Notes: generated from the letters alone by a model not told the origin. A DNA stretch of 64,000 nucleotides from a bacterium (GCA_036004445.1 DASYRL010000067.1:1499-65498), one strand, 5' to 3'; shown: positions 8,867-19,821, counted from the stretch's first letter. Made by a program: numbers and translations.

Positions 8867-9560
8867 CGCAGACCAGATGCGCGAAGTCGACCGGTTGATG
8901 GTCGACGAATACGGCATCCAGCTGATCCAGATGATGGAGAATGCCGGGCGGCACCTCGCCGGATTGTCGCGTGCGCTCATCGGACCCCCGGCCGGGCAGC
9001 GGATTCTGGTGGCCTGCGGCAAAGGCAACAACGGAGGTGGTGGGCTGGCCGCCGCGCGCCACCTCGCCAACTGGGGCGCCGACGTCACAATCGGCATCGA
9101 GTCCGCCGATCGACTCGCTGACGTTCCCGCTGCACAGTGGAAGGCCCTGCGCGGGCTGCCGGTCCGGAAGGTGGAGGGTGACGCCGCGATTGCGGCGGTT
9201 GACCCCGGCGCGCACGCGCTCGCGATTGACGCGCTGATCGGCTACGGCCTGCGCGGCGAGCCCCGCGGCTGGATCGCGTCGATGATTGATCGCCTGAACG
9301 CGGTCCGCACGCTCGTCCTGGCGCTGGATGTCCCGTCGGGGTTAGATAGCACCACGGGCCGGGCCGCGGGCCGGACGATCCGCGCGGCGGCGACCATGAC
9401 GCTGGCGCTGCCGAAAGCGGGGCTCTTTGCTCCGGAAGCGAAGCCATTCGTAGGAAAGCTGTTTCTTGCCGATCTTGGAGTTCCGCCTGTGTTGTACGAA
9501 CGCATCGGACTCCGCGTCGGCGCGCTCTTCAGCGATGCGGAATTGATCCCGTTGGGGTGA
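8847..9560 (+). CDS. nnrE: NAD(P)H-hydrate epimerase (YjeF N-terminal domain only)
   Basis: 237 aa. LSADQMREVDR...MENAG and GKGNNGGGG motifs. No fused dehydratase domain. Confidence 0.8.
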   Translation: MEIPTLSADQMREVDRLMVDEYGIQLIQMMENAGRHLAGLSRALIGPPAGQRILVACGKGNNGGGGLAAARHLANWGADVTIGIESADRLADVPAAQWKALRGLPVRKVEGDAAIAAVDPGAHALAIDALIGYGLRGEPRGWIASMIDRLNAVRTLVLALDVPSGLDSTTGRAAGRTIRAAATMTLALPKAGLFAPEAKPFVGKLFLADLGVPPVLYERIGLRVGALFSDAELIPLG

Positions 9561-9566
9561 GCCGCA

Positions 9567-10464
<898 letters not shown>

Positions 10465-10475
<11 letters not shown>

Positions 10476-11223
10476 CGTCCGGGTGTTTCCCGAGCTCGAC
10501 GCGCTGAGCCGCGCTGTCGCCGAGACGTTCGTGTCGGAAGCCCTGCAGGCGATCAGGACCTCCGGGCGCTGCACAGTGGCACTGGCGGGGGGAAGCACTC
10601 CGCGGCGGCTGTACCGCTTTCTCGCGTTCGGGTACGCCGAACGGCTGCCCTGGCCGGCCGTGCAGTTATTCATGGGCGATGAGCGGTACGTCCCTCCCGG
10701 CGACACCCTGAGCAACTTTCGGATGGTACAGGAGACGTTGATCGACCACCTGCCGGTCCCGCCGGTGAATGTCCATCCGACGGATACGTCGTACGCGGAT
10801 CCCGCCCTCGCTGCCGAGGCCTATGAGCAGGTTCTGCGCGGGTACTTTTCGGGCGACTGGCCGCGTTTTGACGTCGTGTTCCTGGGCATGGGGACGGATG
10901 GGCACACCGCGTCGCTGTTTCCCGGAACGCCGGCGCTGCTCGAGACCACGCGCTGGGTCGTGGCCACCACATCGCCGCGGCAGCCCCCCGATCGCCTCAC
11001 GCTCACCCTGCCGGTATTCAACCACGCCCAACACGTCCACTTCCTGGTCGCCGGGCCGGCGAAGGCCGACGCGCTGCGCCAGGTGCTCATGACGCCCGAG
11101 ACCACGAGATGTACTGCCGCGCGCGTCAAGCCGATCGACGGCCACGTAACCTGGTGGGCGGACGAGGCCGCGGCCGCGGGAGTCGAGGAACTCGTTCAAG
11201 AGCGCGGAGCACAGGCGACCTAA
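10465..11223 (+). CDS. pgl: 6-phosphogluconolactonase
   Basis: 252 aa. GDERYVP and GMGTDGHTASLFPG motifs. Overlaps the gnd stop. Confidence 0.85.
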
Positions 11224-11237
11224 CAAGCCTGTGCTCC
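11206..11237. terminator. bidirectional hairpin between convergent pgl and oxidoreductase genes
   Basis: Perfect 11-bp inverted repeat GGAGCACAGGC (11206-11216) / GCCTGTGCTCC (11227-11237) with a 10-nt loop containing the pgl stop. Confidence 0.55.
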
Positions 11238-11244
11238 GCATCAA

Positions 11245-11358
11245 CTACGCGCTCTTCTTCTCAGCGTGGGCTTCCTTGTTGTGTTTGTCGAGTTCCTCCT
11301 TGGTCTTGAACTCCATGTTGCACTGAGGGCAACTCAGTGAGGTCGTCTTCGGTTCCAT
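11245..11358 (-). CDS. possible independently translated C2H2 zinc-finger mini-protein (37 aa), in frame with the oxidoreductase
   Basis: MEPKTTSLSCPQCNMEFKTKEELDKHNKEAHAEKKSA. Internal ATG 11358 is preceded by AAGGAGGTG with a 5-nt spacer. Confidence 0.4.
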   Translation of the reverse strand: MEPKTTSLSCPQCNMEFKTKEELDKHNKEAHAEKKSA

Positions 11359-12768
11359 GGCCCACCTCCTTTCTCCGATCTTCTCCGGTGCGATGTTCCG
11401 GAGGAGTGCGCGTGCCGTGCCCTCCACGCCCTCCTGCAGCGTCGGGAAGATGCCCACGGCTGTGGCTAGGTCGTCGATGGTCCCGCGACGGCGCATTACG
11501 ACGATGGCGTCGTAGATGAGATTGGCCGCATCCGGTCCCACGATGTGACAGCCTAGGATCCGCCGCGTGCGGCGCTCGGCGACGAACTTGATGACGCCTG
11601 CGGTTTCGCCAATCAGACGGGCCATTGAGACCTGGGAAAACTCCACCGTCCCGGTGACGACGTCGTGCCCGGCCTCGCGGGCCTCTGGCTCGGTCAGACC
11701 GACGCTGCCGACCTGCGGGTCGGTAAAGATCGCGTGCCCCAGCGGGGCCCGGTCGACGCGCCGACCCGCGCCCTGAAACGCGTTGCCAAAGGCGATCTTG
11801 CCTTCTTCCTGGCAGATGCGCGTGAACGGCTGTTTTCCGTTCACGTCGCCGATCGCCCAGATGCCCCGCGCAGTGGTCTCCAGGAAGTCATCCACGACGA
11901 CATAACCGGCCTCGTCGGTCCGGACGCCTGCCGCGGCCAGATTCAGCATCTCGGTATTCGGGATCCGGCCCGCAGCGGCCAGGAGGTGTGAGCCGGTGAC
12001 GGCCAGCTCCCGTCCCCCGGCGTCTGCCGCAACAGCCGAAACGTTGCCGTGACCGTGCCTTACGCTCACCAGGTCATGGCCGAGCCTGACCGTGATGCCT
12101 TCAGCGGCGAATGCCCCCGCGATGACCTCGCTGACCGCCGGGTCCTCGCGGGCCAGGAGGCGGTCTTTGCGGTGCAGGATCGTCACGTCCGCGCCGAACC
12201 GACGGAACGCCTGCGCCAGCTCGCATCCGACATATCCACCGCCCACGACGATGAGGTGTTCGGGAACCTCCTGCAGTTCCATGATGGTCTCATTGGTCAG
12301 GACCAACTGCGGATCCAGCCCAGGAAGATCGGGCATCCGCGGCCGCAGTCCGGTGGCGACGAAGATCGCCTCAGCGGTCAGCATCCGGTCGCCAATGGCG
12401 ACCGTTCGCGGGCCGGTAAAGCGCGCGCTGCCCTCGAACAGGATCAGCCCTTCGGCCTCGCGCGCGTGGCCGAAGGCCTCCTCACGATGGTCCTCCACCA
12501 GAGCGCGTTTCTCGCCGATGATGGCTTTGAGGTCGACCGACGTGTCCCAGGTCCGGACATGGTAGCGGGCCGCCGTCCGGCACAGATGCGCGATCCGTGC
12601 CCGGTGGATGAGGAACTTGCTGGGCACACAGCCGGTATTGATGCATGTACTGCCGTACGGGCGCTTGTAGATCAGGGCAACCCGTTTGCCCGCGTCCAGC
12701 GCCAGGCCCGCGACAACGGTCCCAGCCTCACCCGCACCGATGACGATAGCGTCGAAATTCGCGTCCAC
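11245..12768 (-). CDS. FAD-dependent pyridine nucleotide-disulfide oxidoreductase (dihydrolipoyl dehydrogenase/mercuric reductase-like) with in-frame C2H2 zinc-finger tail
   Basis: 507 aa. GAGEAG FAD motif, redox disulfide CINTGCVPSK, dimerisation domain. The last 37 aa form a C2H2 finger. Confidence 0.85.
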   Translation of the reverse strand: MDANFDAIVIGAGEAGTVVAGLALDAGKRVALIYKRPYGSTCINTGCVPSKFLIHRARIAHLCRTAARYHVRTWDTSVDLKAIIGEKRALVEDHREEAFGHAREAEGLILFEGSARFTGPRTVAIGDRMLTAEAIFVATGLRPRMPDLPGLDPQLVLTNETIMELQEVPEHLIVVGGGYVGCELAQAFRRFGADVTILHRKDRLLAREDPAVSEVIAGAFAAEGITVRLGHDLVSVRHGHGNVSAVAADAGGRELAVTGSHLLAAAGRIPNTEMLNLAAAGVRTDEAGYVVVDDFLETTARGIWAIGDVNGKQPFTRICQEEGKIAFGNAFQGAGRRVDRAPLGHAIFTDPQVGSVGLTEPEAREAGHDVVTGTVEFSQVSMARLIGETAGVIKFVAERRTRRILGCHIVGPDAANLIYDAIVVMRRRGTIDDLATAVGIFPTLQEGVEGTARALLRNIAPEKIGERRWAMEPKTTSLSCPQCNMEFKTKEELDKHNKEAHAEKKSA

Positions 12769-12884
12769 ACGACAGATTTACCCTCTGGCCGGCCGGCAAG
12801 TGTGAGCTGTCTTACATCGTCGCGCCACGCGGTCTCGTATTGTAACCTGGAAGCGACCACGGAAGCGGCCAAGGACATCTCTTC

Positions 12885-13565
12885 ATGCCACCCATCCTCG
12901 TGTTCGATGTGAATGAAACCTTGCTGGATCTGGCGGCTTTCGACGCGTCCTTCGATCAGTACTTCGGCGATGTCGCGGTGCGGCACGAATGGTTTGATCA
13001 GATGCTGCTCATTGCCTTTACCACCGCGATCACCGGGCCTTACGCCGACTTCGGGACGATCGGCAGAGCCGCCCTGGGAGTCGTGGAACGACGGTACCAT
13101 CGATCGCTTTCCGATGAGGAACGCTCGCAAATCCTGGGGACGATTCGTCGGCTTGCTCCCCACCCTGATGTGGAAGGGGGCCTCCGTCGGCTGCAGCAAG
13201 GTGGGCTGCGGATGGTGACCCTGACGAACTCGACGGCCCAGGTGGCCGAGGCGCAACTTGCCCACGCAGGCTTGAGCCACTACTTTGAGCGGGTCTTCTC
13301 AGCCGACTCAGTCCGCAGCCTCAAGCCCTCTTCCGTACCTTACCGGATGGTCGCCGAGAAGATGAGCGTGGACATCGGCTCGCTGCTCCTCGTCGCCGCG
13401 CATGCCTGGGATATCGTCGGGGCGATCAGCGCCGGATGCAGGGCGGCGTTCATCGAGCGGCCGGGGCGGTTTCTCGACGCGCTGACTCCAAGGCCCGACT
13501 ATGCTGCGGCGAACCTGGAACTGCTTGCGGATCAGATCCTGCGCCAGGAGCGGCTGGATAGGTAA
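12885..13565 (+). CDS. haloacid dehalogenase type II (HAD superfamily)
   Basis: 226 aa. Nucleophile motif VFDVNETLLDL and C-terminal AAHAWD block. Confidence 0.8.
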   Translation: MPPILVFDVNETLLDLAAFDASFDQYFGDVAVRHEWFDQMLLIAFTTAITGPYADFGTIGRAALGVVERRYHRSLSDEERSQILGTIRRLAPHPDVEGGLRRLQQGGLRMVTLTNSTAQVAEAQLAHAGLSHYFERVFSADSVRSLKPSSVPYRMVAEKMSVDIGSLLLVAAHAWDIVGAISAGCRAAFIERPGRFLDALTPRPDYAAANLELLADQILRQERLDR

Positions 13566-13586
13566 GTGCTCCGTGCCGCGCCGAGC

Positions 13587-15188
<1,602 letters not shown>

Positions 15189-15196
15189 CCCTCCCT

Positions 15197-15901
15197 TCAG
15201 CCGAAGGCCGCCCGGTACTCTCTCACCGCCTTGGGGCCGTTCCGCTCCAGCGCCGCATAGAAAGCCTCGCGGTCCTGGTGGCGGAAATCCATCCGCTCGA
15301 CGTGGAATGGCGCGAGACGCTCACCCCCTCGGCGCCGGTCCACGACATTGAGGAAGTACTCGACGGCGTTGACGATGCTGGCTGGATCCGTCCAGTCGGA
15401 TTTGTACACGGGCACACCGGAGGCGGCGAAGATCCAGCTCATATTTGGCATGGAGCCGTATGCGCGATGGCAGGCGCCGTCCAGCGCATCGACGAGAATC
15501 GGACGCGTGACGCCGAGCCGGTCGCGCAACGCGCGCGCGTGCCGCAGCTTCTGTGCCATCGAGGTGTGGTGGGGGTAGAATTCGCCCGGATGCGCTTCGT
15601 GCGTGTAGAGGAAGACCGAGCCAACGCCTTGAGGAGCGACCCGCTGCGCGATCCCGTTCATGGATGGCGCCGCCATCCCGCAGTAGGGTCAGGTGAAGCT
15701 CCCAAATTCGACGATCGTGTACGTGTGCTGCGCCCAGATGGCAGACAGGCGCGTCTCGGCGCCGTCTAGGCCCCAGAGCGGGAAATCGGGGGCGGGCTGC
15801 CCGAGCGGCGGGCTTGCGGAGAAATTCAACCAGGGGCCGAACTTCTCAGGAATGAATTCATCGTAGTTGTAGCGGACCAGCAGGGCCGAATCGTTCACCA
15901 C
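15197..15901 (-). CDS. iodothyronine deiodinase-like thioredoxin-fold protein, candidate selenoprotein (in-frame TGA at 15689-15691)
   Basis: ORFs 15689..15901 and 15197..15676 share a frame. Read-through gives APDFPLWG...VEFGSFT-U-PYCG...LYTHEAHPGEF...HRAYGSMPN, 234 aa. Confidence 0.75.
15662..15678 (-). promoter_or_regulatory. candidate bacterial SECIS hairpin
   Basis: RNA GGAUGGC-GGC-GCCAUCC (7 bp, GGC loop) starts 10 nt after the UGA. Confidence 0.55.
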
Positions 15902-15942
15902 AGCCCCTCGCTCCAGGGAAGGATCCGAGATCTCTGCCGCCG

Positions 15943-16098
15943 CTAGTGACTGCCTTCGTGCGCGTCCTTGAGGACGTCTTCCCGCGTAATGTCCCTGCCG
16001 TGCTCTTTCTTCATGTGCTCCTGGGCCTTGCGGACGAGCTCGTCATCCGAATCGGCATGAACCGTATGGCCCATGGCGCACGCCCAATGTCTGTGCAT
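15943..16098 (-). CDS. DUF1059-like small protein
   Basis: MHRHWACAMGHTVHADSDDELVRKAQEHMKKEHGRDITREDVLKDAHEGSH. Start chosen at ATG 16098, preceded by GGAGGTG with a 5-nt spacer. ORF track gives 15943..16170. Confidence 0.55.
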   Translation of the reverse strand: MHRHWACAMGHTVHADSDDELVRKAQEHMKKEHGRDITREDVLKDAHEGSH

Positions 16099-16657
16099 CT
16101 GACCACCTCCATCCGAGAATACGCGTACCATCGTATTGTTGCCGAGCTCGCCGGCCGGCGACTGTAACACGGCTTACACTTTTTGAACCTGGCCGCCGGC
16201 GGCTGAGGCCTTCACCAGGTAACGCGGCCCCACATCTCTATGACCGCCTTCGACGTTCGAGCTGCCCGGCGCTGCCCTTGCGATCAGCTTCTTCTGGCGG
16301 GCGTGGTCGGAGGCCTGCTCGCCACCATGTTCGCCGGGTACGTCTTCTTCCGAAGGTAAGCGCGCTGACAGCCGGCACGGCCCGTCGCGGGGACAATGGT
16401 GTCCGAATCACGGTGGAAGGAGGCGACGGCATGCCCGATCGCGTCCGACCAGGCATTCGCGCCGCGCGTGGGGCTGGTGCATGTGCCCAAGCTGGAGAAG
16501 GCTAGCGGGGATGATCCGGAGAGGCTGTCGTGCTGTGTGGAGTGACAGGAGTGAGAGGCGATACGCGTGCATAGTCGCTGCGATTGCTCTCCTCGGCATC
16601 CTGTCCCTCGCAGCGGCCGGGCACGGCGCGTGAGGACTGGCAACACCGTAAGACCGC

Positions 16658-17260
16658 CTAGCGCGATGGCGGAGGCGAGAACCGGATCAACTCCTCCGCG
16701 AACGTCTGCATCTGCTCAAAGGTCAGCAGGCCGGCGTGCTTGCGCAGAATCCGGCCGTCCGCGGTGATGAACACCGTGGTCGGCATGCCGAGGATCTGGT
16801 ATGTGTCGGTGATGTCCTCGTCGAACACCGTCCCCGCCGGATAGCGGATGCCCAGGGTCCGGAGCAGCGCCTGTCCCTCCTCGCGGGTGCCCAATCCCGT
16901 GTAGGGCCCGACGTCGATGCTGATCAGCACGAACCGATCTCCGGCCTGGTCGGCCAGCCGCTGCAGGTCAGGCATCTCGGCGCGGCACGGCGGGCACAGG
17001 CCGGCGAAGAAGTTGACGACGACGGGCTTTCCCCGCGCCCACACCTGAGAGAGTCGAACGACGTTTCCCCCGACGGCCTCGGCGCCCTGGTACATTCGAA
17101 TCTCGATGTCCGGCGCCCGGGGGAGGGGTTGTCCGGCCGGCGCAGAGGGGGGTGGCCCCTCCGTACGCGGAGGGCCGATGAGGCGGATGACCCCGACGGC
17201 GACGAGAAAGCTGCCGGCGAGGAGCAGCAGCCAGAGAATGAGGCGACGCTGTGCGGACAT
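16658..17260 (-). CDS. TlpA/ResA-family thiol:disulfide oxidoreductase, membrane-anchored
   Basis: 200 aa. N-terminal TM helix, then a redoxin fold with FFAGLCPPCRAEMP. Confidence 0.85.
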   Translation of the reverse strand: MSAQRRLILWLLLLAGSFLVAVGVIRLIGPPRTEGPPPSAPAGQPLPRAPDIEIRMYQGAEAVGGNVVRLSQVWARGKPVVVNFFAGLCPPCRAEMPDLQRLADQAGDRFVLISIDVGPYTGLGTREEGQALLRTLGIRYPAGTVFDEDITDTYQILGMPTTVFITADGRILRKHAGLLTFEQMQTFAEELIRFSPPPSR

Positions 17261-17332
17261 GGGAAATAATTCTCCGTCGAACAGAGTATCATCAATCGAG
17301 AGGACGGTTTCAGTAAGACAGGAGACAGATCG

Positions 17333-17566
17333 ATGGCCAAGTCCGTAGTGCTCTACTCACAGCCGGGCTGACTGTTCTGCGGTAAGGTGAAGGAGTTCCT
17401 TCACCAGAAGGGTGTTGCCTTCGAGGAGAAGGACATCAGCCGCGACGATCGGGCCCTGGATGAACTGCTCGAGAAAGGGTTTCAGGCCACGCCCGTGACC
17501 GTCATCGACGGCGACGCGGTGGTAGGATTCAACAAAGCCAAGCTCGAGGAGCTGCTGGGCCGGTAG
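17333..17566 (+). CDS. glutaredoxin/NrdH-like protein, candidate selenoprotein (in-frame TGA at 17369-17371)
   Basis: Not in the ORF track. MAKSVVLYSQPG-U-LFCGKVKEFLHQKGVAFEEKDISRDDRALDELLEKGFQATPVTVIDGDAVVGFNKAKLEELLGR. AGGAGA lies 7 nt before the ATG. Confidence 0.8.
17386..17405 (+). promoter_or_regulatory. candidate bacterial SECIS hairpin
   Basis: Perfect 8-bp stem GGUGAAGG / CCUUCACC with loop AGUU, starting 14 nt after the UGA. Confidence 0.7.
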
Positions 17567-17580
17567 GGAGGCCGAACGCC

Positions 17581-18000
17581 GTGGATCTGACCTGGGAGTC
17601 CGTGCAAGAGATCCTCGCCCAAACGAAGACGATCGCCGTGGTGGGACTGTCCGATAAGCCGGACCGCCCGAGCAACGAAGTCGCAGGATACATGCAGGCG
17701 CACGGGTACCGCATCATCCCCGTCAATCCAACCATCAAGGAAGCGTTCGGAGAGCAGGCGTATGCGAGCCTGCGCGATCTGCCCGAGAAGGTCGACGTGG
17801 TCCAGATCTTCCGGCGCGCCGAGGAAGTGCCCCCGATCGTGGACGACGCGATCGCGATCGGTGCCAAGGTCGTCTGGATGCAGCCGGGCGCGGAGAACGA
17901 GGACGCTGCCGCCAAGGCCGAGGCGGCAGGATTGAAGGCCGTCGTCGGGGCCTGCATGCGCGCAGTGCACCGCGCGCTGAGCGAGCGCCCCAAACACTAA
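17581..18000 (+). CDS. CoA-binding domain protein (YccU/YneT-like)
   Basis: 139 aa. IAVVGLSDKPDRPSNEVAGYMQAHGYRIIPVNP is typical of the CoA_binding_2 family. GTG start. Confidence 0.85.
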   Translation: MDLTWESVQEILAQTKTIAVVGLSDKPDRPSNEVAGYMQAHGYRIIPVNPTIKEAFGEQAYASLRDLPEKVDVVQIFRRAEEVPPIVDDAIAIGAKVVWMQPGAENEDAAAKAEAAGLKAVVGACMRAVHRALSERPKH

Positions 18001-18001
18001 C

Positions 18002-18030
18002 GGGAACAGGGAACTGGGAACGGGGAACGG
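18002..18030 (+). repeat. tandem heptamer GGGAACN x4
   Basis: GGGAACA GGGAACT GGGAACG GGGAACG G, immediately after the TAA stop of the CoA-binding gene. Confidence 0.85.
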
Positions 18031-18073
18031 TAAGACTCACCGCGCAGGAGCGTACCTCGCGGGCCTGGGGACG

Positions 18074-19132
18074 TTGGCAGCTGCAACCGGGCTCCTCGTA
18101 TCGCTGCGATCGTACCTCGGACTCGCCACCGTCGCGCTGATCTATCTCCTCGTGGTGTTCGTGAGCGCGCTGCTGTGGGGCCGCGGGCCCAGCCTAACGT
18201 CCGGCATCGCCGCGTTCGTCGCCCTCAACTACTTCTTCACCGTCCCCTTTCACACGTTCGTTGTCGCGTCGACGCAGGACGTCATCACTCTGCTGGTCTT
18301 TCTCTTCGTCGCGGAAATGACCAGCCGGCTGGTTGCGCAGCTGCGCCGCCGCGAAGCCGACGCGCGCCTGCGCCTCGTCCAGGCCGAACTCTTGCGGCAA
18401 AGGGAGGCCGAGGCCGAGGCGCTCCGCAAGACCGACGAGCTGAAATCTGAGCTCCTTGCCGCCGTGTCCCACGACCTGCGCACGCCGCTGTCCTCGATCC
18501 GCGTCGCCGCTACCGCGCTCGACCAGAACGGAGTGCACTGGGGTGACGAGACGCGGCACGAGATGTTGAGGATGATCGACACGGAAGCCGCCCGCCTGTC
18601 CCGGCTGGTCGGCAACCTGCTGGACTTGTCGCGGATCGAAGCGGGCGTGCTGCACCCCCAGAAAGAATGGCGGAGCCTCGATGAGGTGGTGGCGCGGGCC
18701 ATCGATGATCTCGGTGACCGCCTGCGTGAGCATCGCGTTACTGTGCAAATCCCGGAGTCGCTGCCCCTCGTGCCGCTGGACTTCACCCACATTGAAGACG
18801 TGTTCGTCAACCTGCTCGAAAACGCCGTGCGCCACGCCCCGCCTGGAACGGAGATCCGCATTTCCGCGCGCTCGAACGGTTCGGACATGATTGCGCAGGT
18901 CGAAAACGACGGACCGCCGGTCTCCATCGAAGCCGCAGGCGAGGTATTCAACCGATTCTATTCGGCGCGCAGTGCCTACCACGGGACGGGGCTCGGGCTG
19001 GCGATCTGCAAGGGGCTGGTCGAAGCCCACGGCGGCCGCATCTGGGTCGAGCGCCCCGGGGAACGCGGAGCCCGGTTTGCCCTTGCGCTTCCCCTGTCCG
19101 GCGCGTCGTCCGAATCAATCCGGCAGGCCTAG
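18074..19132 (+). CDS. DUF4118-domain sensor histidine kinase (KdpD C-terminal-like, lacks the KdpD/Usp sensor part)
   Basis: 352 aa. TM region ALNYFFTVPFHTF, HisKA box LLAAVSHDLRTPLSSI, HATPase_c G-boxes (GTGLGLAICKG). The start (TTG 18074) is uncertain. Confidence 0.85.
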   Translation: MAAATGLLVSLRSYLGLATVALIYLLVVFVSALLWGRGPSLTSGIAAFVALNYFFTVPFHTFVVASTQDVITLLVFLFVAEMTSRLVAQLRRREADARLRLVQAELLRQREAEAEALRKTDELKSELLAAVSHDLRTPLSSIRVAATALDQNGVHWGDETRHEMLRMIDTEAARLSRLVGNLLDLSRIEAGVLHPQKEWRSLDEVVARAIDDLGDRLREHRVTVQIPESLPLVPLDFTHIEDVFVNLLENAVRHAPPGTEIRISARSNGSDMIAQVENDGPPVSIEAAGEVFNRFYSARSAYHGTGLGLAICKGLVEAHGGRIWVERPGERGARFALALPLSGASSESIRQA

Positions 19133-19135
19133 TCG

Positions 19136-19818
19136 ATGACGGGCGCGAGGGTTCTTGTCGTCGACGACGAGCCGCAGATCTGCAGAGTCCTGCGGCGAGC
19201 GCTTGAGGCACACGGATACGACGTGCGGACGGTCGGGAGCGGGAGGACGCGCTGGCGACGCTGCGCTGGCATCCGGACATCGTCCTGCTGGACCTGATGC
19301 TCCCCGACGTCGACGGCCTCGACGTGTCCCGGCGCATCCGCGCATTGTCGCCGGTCCCGATCCTCGTACTGTCGGCGCGGGGCGAGGAGCCGATGAAGGT
19401 CCGCGCGCTGGACGAAGGTGTCGATGACTACATCACCAAGCCCTTCGGCACCGACGAGTTGCTGGCCCGGATCCGCGTCGCCCTGCGCCACGCGGCCGGG
19501 GAGCCGGCCGAGCCGGTCGTCGTGGTCGGTGCCCTGCGGGTGGACCTGGACCGGCGAATCGTCACGCTCGGCGGCAAGGACGTGCATCTCACGCCTTCAG
19601 AGTACGAAGTCTTGAGGTATCTTGCCCAACGCGCGGGAAAGGTCATCACCCACCGCACGCTGCTGCAGCACGTCTGGGGCCCGGAGCACGTCACCGACAC
19701 ACAATACCTGCACGTCCTGGTGAGCCAGCTGAGACGCAAAATCGAGCCTCACCCCGCGAGGCCACAATATATCCTGACCGAACCGGGAGTGGGCTACCGG
19801 TTTCGCGCGCCGTCCTGA
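19136..19818 (+). pseudogene. OmpR/KdpE-like response regulator with an apparent 1-nt frameshift near 19241-19246
   Basis: ATG 19136 gives MTGARVLVVDDEPQICRVLRRALEAHGYDVRTVGSG, then goes out of frame. ORF 19297..19818 continues with LLDLMLPDVDG...winged helix. Restoring one G in AGCGGGAGG rejoins the frames. Confidence 0.75.
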
Positions 19819-19821
19819 CTT

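Noticed and set aside
16397-16546. A fifth selenoprotein by reading through the TGA after ...ERLSCCVE.
   Set aside because: Read-through meets a second TGA after two codons. There is no downstream coding-like sequence, no clear hairpin and no recognisable family.
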